Notes under the pieces: generated by a model | Told to the model about the DNA's origin: nothing | Seen by the model: only the letters and a program-made list of their open reading frames with translations | Databases searched by the model: none | Part shown: piece by piece, positions 61,601 to 64,000 of the stretch | Layout of the letters: each line of letters begins with the position of its first letter | Numbering within the stretch: position 1 is the stretch's first letter | Program-made: the position numbers and the translations under genes | Source: Amoebophrya sp. A120 | Lineage: Eukaryota > Protista > Dinoflagellata | DNA length: 64,000 nucleotides | Direction: 5' to 3' | Assembly (NCBI GenBank): GCA_905178155.1 | Contig: CAJINV010000014.1 | Location: forward strand, 592,116 to 656,115

Positions 61601-63808
61601 TGTGGAGGTTGTTGTACTACTTCCGGCCTGAAGATTCATCTCTAGCTGCGCCGTCGCGGCCCTATTGGACGAGGTGGTCCCGCCGCCCGCGGGGAATGAT
61701 GAAGCAGCTGCAGAGGACAAGTGATGTGCTAGTCCACGCGCCGACGTCGACGTCATGATATTATTACCTCCCCCTCCTCGTGCGGATTGCAGCGCCAAGT
61801 AATGGTTGTCGAAAAACGCATTTTGCACCGATTCAAACGTCCACTTCTGCTCACTGTGCCGCGCTCCCAGCGAGTCTTCCGTGGGGGCACTGTACAAACC
61901 AAGCATGTCCATAGAAAAGCAGACGTTCACAAAGTGTTGCTCGTACTCAAGATTCGTGGAGCCACGGCCCGGAGTTTGCATCTGCCGACTCGAGTTCAGC
62001 GTGCCGCGGGTACCTTTCATCACCACAATTTGATGCTTCGCGTTCGTAGCCGGAAGAAGTTGTAACAATTATTTGCATGCTCTTTCACGACATGTCCGTG
62101 ATACACTTTGCATGCGTAAGCGTAACGAGATCACCAGCTGCAAGCGAAAAAATAATTATGCGTGCAATCTACACAGAGTGATACTGGTACAGGTTTTTTG
62201 CGTGTAGTACGTTCAGTCGCTAAAGTTTTTCTTTTGTTTTACTCGTTCTTTCTACCACAATCACATGCATAGTATTCGTGTTGCTTGACTGTATACAGAA
62301 GCATTTCACTCTTGTTATATACTTTCGCCTCCTCCTGGTGTCAGCGTCCTGCTGCTGACCAACGCTGCGTTGCTCTCCGAGCTGGCTTCCGACCTGGCGC
62401 TGGCAAACGTGCGCTTTCGCCACTGCGGATTCGTGGACCGCATAAAGAGGATTTGCAGGCTCTGCGTGGTCTTCCTGATGGACGAAGACGATGTTCCTCC
62501 AGTCGTTGTATTGGCTCCAACCCGTCCCGACGAGGACGGCGTACTGGGGCCCCCACACGACCCGCGGGCAGATGCTGTTCCACCTCCACTGCGACCTGGC
62601 GTCGTGATGGTTTGCCCACCTCGCCCGGGCGTCGACGCGGCACTAGTACCTCCACCTGTAGTTGTTGCACCACCAGGAGGAGCTCCACCAACAGCAGCAG
62701 CAGAGTCGCCGATCGTGCTGGTGCTGCACTCGTGCTCTTTCCAACCGTTCACACAAATCAGAAACCCACTGGTCTGGATCTCGAAAAGGGTGTCAATGGC
62801 CTGCATGGGCCGGTCCACGTATGCACTGCAGCGGACCAAGTCGCGGAGAAACCTATGCATTGCAAAAGTATCGGACTTAGTATAAATTGCATGACAAATT
62901 TTGGCAAGAAGGAAAGTCACATTTGTAATGCTGTTTTGCCGTAGGAAAAATATTTGTCATGCTTATTTGCGATTCCGATTCGTACGAGTACGATACTTTT
63001 GCACAGGATAAAACCCCTCCAACTGGGATTTCCAAGAACTGATCAGCTTCTTCAAGTGCTCGAACGCCAGCCAGTTGCTCGTCTGAACCTCAAAAGGGTA
63101 GTGTCGGCCGCGGGAATTATGGCCGCCCGAAGCGGCAGTCGCCCCGCCAGAGCCACCACGCCCGCCGCCACGGGACGATGACGAGCCGGTAGCACCACTA
63201 GGCTAGTACTGTGCAAAAGTCTCGTATTCTTAGGAATGTTGGCAAATCAGGTGTGTTTGGTTTTAATCAGGCAACTATTCGACAGCAACAGCATAAACAA
63301 ATTCCCTTCCTTGTCATGCTCAAACCTGTTGTATACGCGATTTGAGATTTTCTACCACTATTCTAGATACGATCACTGCTTTATTTGCAATGCATAGCCA
63401 ACCGGTTGGTGCAAGACCTGCAAGGGCAGCGCTGCGTCCGTGAGCGGTGTCACTTCGACCCGCTGGAAGAGCCTAATGCCGTATCCAATGCAAATTTGTC
63501 TGGGTGTGATGCGCAGTAATTGAATTCAACTTTATGCACGGCGGACACAAAAAGTTGTTTCGTCATGCAGCTCAGGCAAAAATGCCAAACCTTCTTCCAA
63601 ACCGTGACGCTAGGGGGCCTTGCAAGAAGCCAGACCTTCTGGGTCATACTGCAGGAGCAGCATGACATGACAACCATCAGCAGTCTTCCAGACCTGACCC
63701 AGACATATTTGATGCAGTGGATATGCCGATACAGGGAACAAAACGTGGGTGGTTTTGCGTGGAGCCCGCACTGCTACCGCTTCGACCTGGCAGTTGATAG
63801 AAGTACAT
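34614..63808 (-). CDS. Giant multi-exon Ser/Thr protein kinase (~5,500-6,000 aa, >20 introns, kinase domain near the C-terminus)
   Basis: Kinase motifs MILK, FLLEVYCL, HHDLKPDN, SDFG, QPPEM, SDIWSCGILFY and DPNRRP lie in 37119-38860. Most consecutive ORFs join in frame on introner removal (e.g. NRFA|WEIVPH, ETSH|EDENIC, SNLLM|HSLNL, LEYE|FERTRD, LEGF|LRDLV). Candidate start MYFYQLP at 63808. Junctions near 49654-50001, 57572-57880, 62070-62322 and 63200-63396, and the 3' end, are not fully resolved. Confidence 0.75.
36334..36575. mobile_element. Introner, degenerate
   Basis: tctcc|TAT...gcATA|tttcc; join RRKE|RLAAHWW is in frame. Confidence 0.7.
36633..36808. mobile_element. Introner, family B
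   Basis: cttca|TATgcattgcaaaagtat...atacttttgcagagcATA|cttca; join SLK|FPTP. Confidence 0.9.
36897..37118. mobile_element. Introner, degenerate
   Basis: tgcga|TAT...gATA|tgcgg; join ELIR|NFHYEF. Confidence 0.75.
38292..38554. mobile_element. Introner, family A, splitting the kinase domain
   Basis: cgcaa|TGTcaagtgcaaatatgtctg...cagacatatttgaaatgcATA|cgcaa; the join restores the kinase frame. Confidence 0.9.
38973..39212. mobile_element. Introner, degenerate
   Basis: ctgct|TAT...gga|ctgct; internal tttgtcatgc and gcatgacaaa; join TRA|GRDAEE. Confidence 0.65.
39716..39981. mobile_element. Introner, family A
   Basis: cgtgg|TATcaaatgcaaatgtgtctgggtc...gacccagacgtttttgcggttgATA|cgtgg. Confidence 0.92.
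41411..45281 (+). pseudogene. LINE polyprotein: AP endonuclease, reverse transcriptase and two C-terminal zinc fingers; one frameshift near 43555-43565
   Basis: APE motifs TLNT, YQP, GGDWNA, ELDYF and TDH; RT motifs NYRAIAL, QRGFR, LIDFKKAFPSV, GFTEGGCSSPSLYN and LFADD; zinc fingers CPTC..H...C and CREC..H...C. Start is ATG 41411 or 41474. The frameshift may be real or an assembly error. Confidence 0.93.
45841..46571 (+). CDS. Second LINE-borne ORF (~242 aa after correcting two +1 shifts near 46177 and 46417); basic KG repeats and Asn/Trp-rich tail
   Basis: Three overlapping track ORFs (45841, 46184, 46365) read as one protein with strong G/C-ending codon bias: MWKHLK|RNMLKEFINK...DAKG|GKGKKGKKGKGKG...NNWSNWDDNSWNGYW*. 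Confidence 0.75.
48966..49120. mobile_element. Introner, distinct TIR variant
   Basis: acgaa|TAT..atttcccgtac...gtacgggaaat..ggATA|acgaa; join SNS|SPEDHH. Confidence 0.9.
49192..49456. mobile_element. Introner, family A
   Basis: cccgc|TATcaactgcaaaagtgtctgggtc...gacccagacatctttgcatttgATA|cccgc; interior homologous to the 38292 and 39716 copies. Confidence 0.92.
50196..50445. mobile_element. Introner, family C
   Basis: ttgtc|TATcgtaagaaaaaactgtttcactgt...acagtgaaacagttttttcgcacgATA|ttgtc; join EED|KSVGPQ. Confidence 0.92.
50503..50764. mobile_element. Introner, family A
   Basis: cttct|TATcaaatgtaaaaatgtctgggtctggaaga...tcttccagacccagacatttttacagttgATA|cttct. Confidence 0.93.
51130..51439. 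mobile_element. Introner, family D-like
   Basis: tgctc|TATggag..tctcaaacg...cgtttgaagagaactccATA|tggtc; join PET|KYNEW. Confidence 0.8.
51496..51607. mobile_element. Minimal 112-bp introner
   Basis: cgggc|TATtccgtgaaaat...attttcacggaATA|cgggc; perfect 14-bp TIR. Confidence 0.92.
52046..52231. mobile_element. Introner, family B
   Basis: cgtgc|TATgcattgcaaaa...ttttgcaatggATA|cgtgc; join LGGT|EVTS. Confidence 0.9.
52701..52850. mobile_element. Introner, family B
   Basis: actcg|TCTcctgtggaaaagtatcgcact...agtacgatacttttgcaatgcATA|actcg; join LEYE|FERT. Confidence 0.88.
61153..61350. mobile_element. Introner, family B
   Basis: gctgc|TATtcactgcaa...ttgcaatgcATA|gctgc; join FLQ|QHGVSAI. Confidence 0.88.
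62854..63010. mobile_element. Introner, family B
   Basis: aaacc|TATgcattgcaaaagtatcg...cgatacttttgcacaggATA|aaacc; join LEGF|LRDL. Confidence 0.92.
63482..63723. mobile_element. Introner, family A
   Basis: tgccg|TATccaatgcaaatttgtctggg...cccagacatatttgatgcagtggATA|tgccg; join PCIG|IRLFQ. Confidence 0.9.
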
Positions 63809-64000
63809 CGATAGATTTGATTTGCGCTAGCCGTGCAAAAACTTCAAAAAAGCTGCGCAAAAACTACAGCAACAGCAAAGACAAAAAAGCGCACGACAGG
63901 TACTAGCTCAACCAAGACCAACCCCGTCGAAAACAAATTATCTATCAGTACGATATTAGAGGTACATGCATAAGATGATGAACAAGGCACGATACATCAT

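Noticed and set aside
46877-62944. Numerous + strand ORFs opposite the kinase exons
   Set aside because: Antisense shadows of GC-rich coding sequence; no motifs.
9128-63808. Alternative genetic code or stop readthrough as the cause of ORF fragmentation
   Set aside because: The breaks coincide with TIR/TSD-bounded inserts whose removal restores standard-code frames.

Overview
Eukaryotic nuclear DNA, most likely from an Amoebophrya-like syndinian dinoflagellate. This is inferred from the low-complexity orphan proteins, the almost exclusively minus-strand genes and the dense non-canonical introns bounded by inverted and direct repeats. The ORF track is fragmented because about 30 short mobile introns (introners) interrupt the genes. 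They belong to several terminal-inverted-repeat (TIR) families with different TIR sequences. Nearly all follow one rule: [5-bp duplication]TAT...ATA[5-bp duplication], with an internal GCATGACAAA/TTTGTCATGC motif. Removing each element plus one duplication copy rejoins neighbouring ORFs in frame and rebuilds a giant protein kinase gene (about 63808 to 34650, roughly 5,500-6,000 aa) plus several orphan genes. One kinase introner contains a complete 5.8-kb non-LTR retrotransposon (40987-46799, 19-bp target-site duplication (TSD), (CCAAAT)n tail). Its architecture is unusual: the APE-RT-zinc-finger ORF comes first, and a second basic KG-rich, N/W-tailed ORF lies downstream inside the mobilised unit. 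The window also holds an intron nested in an intron with a foldback inside, homologous introners in both orientations, a palindrome-rich satellite and several dispersed repeats. All splicing is inferred from reading frames; no transcript data were available.
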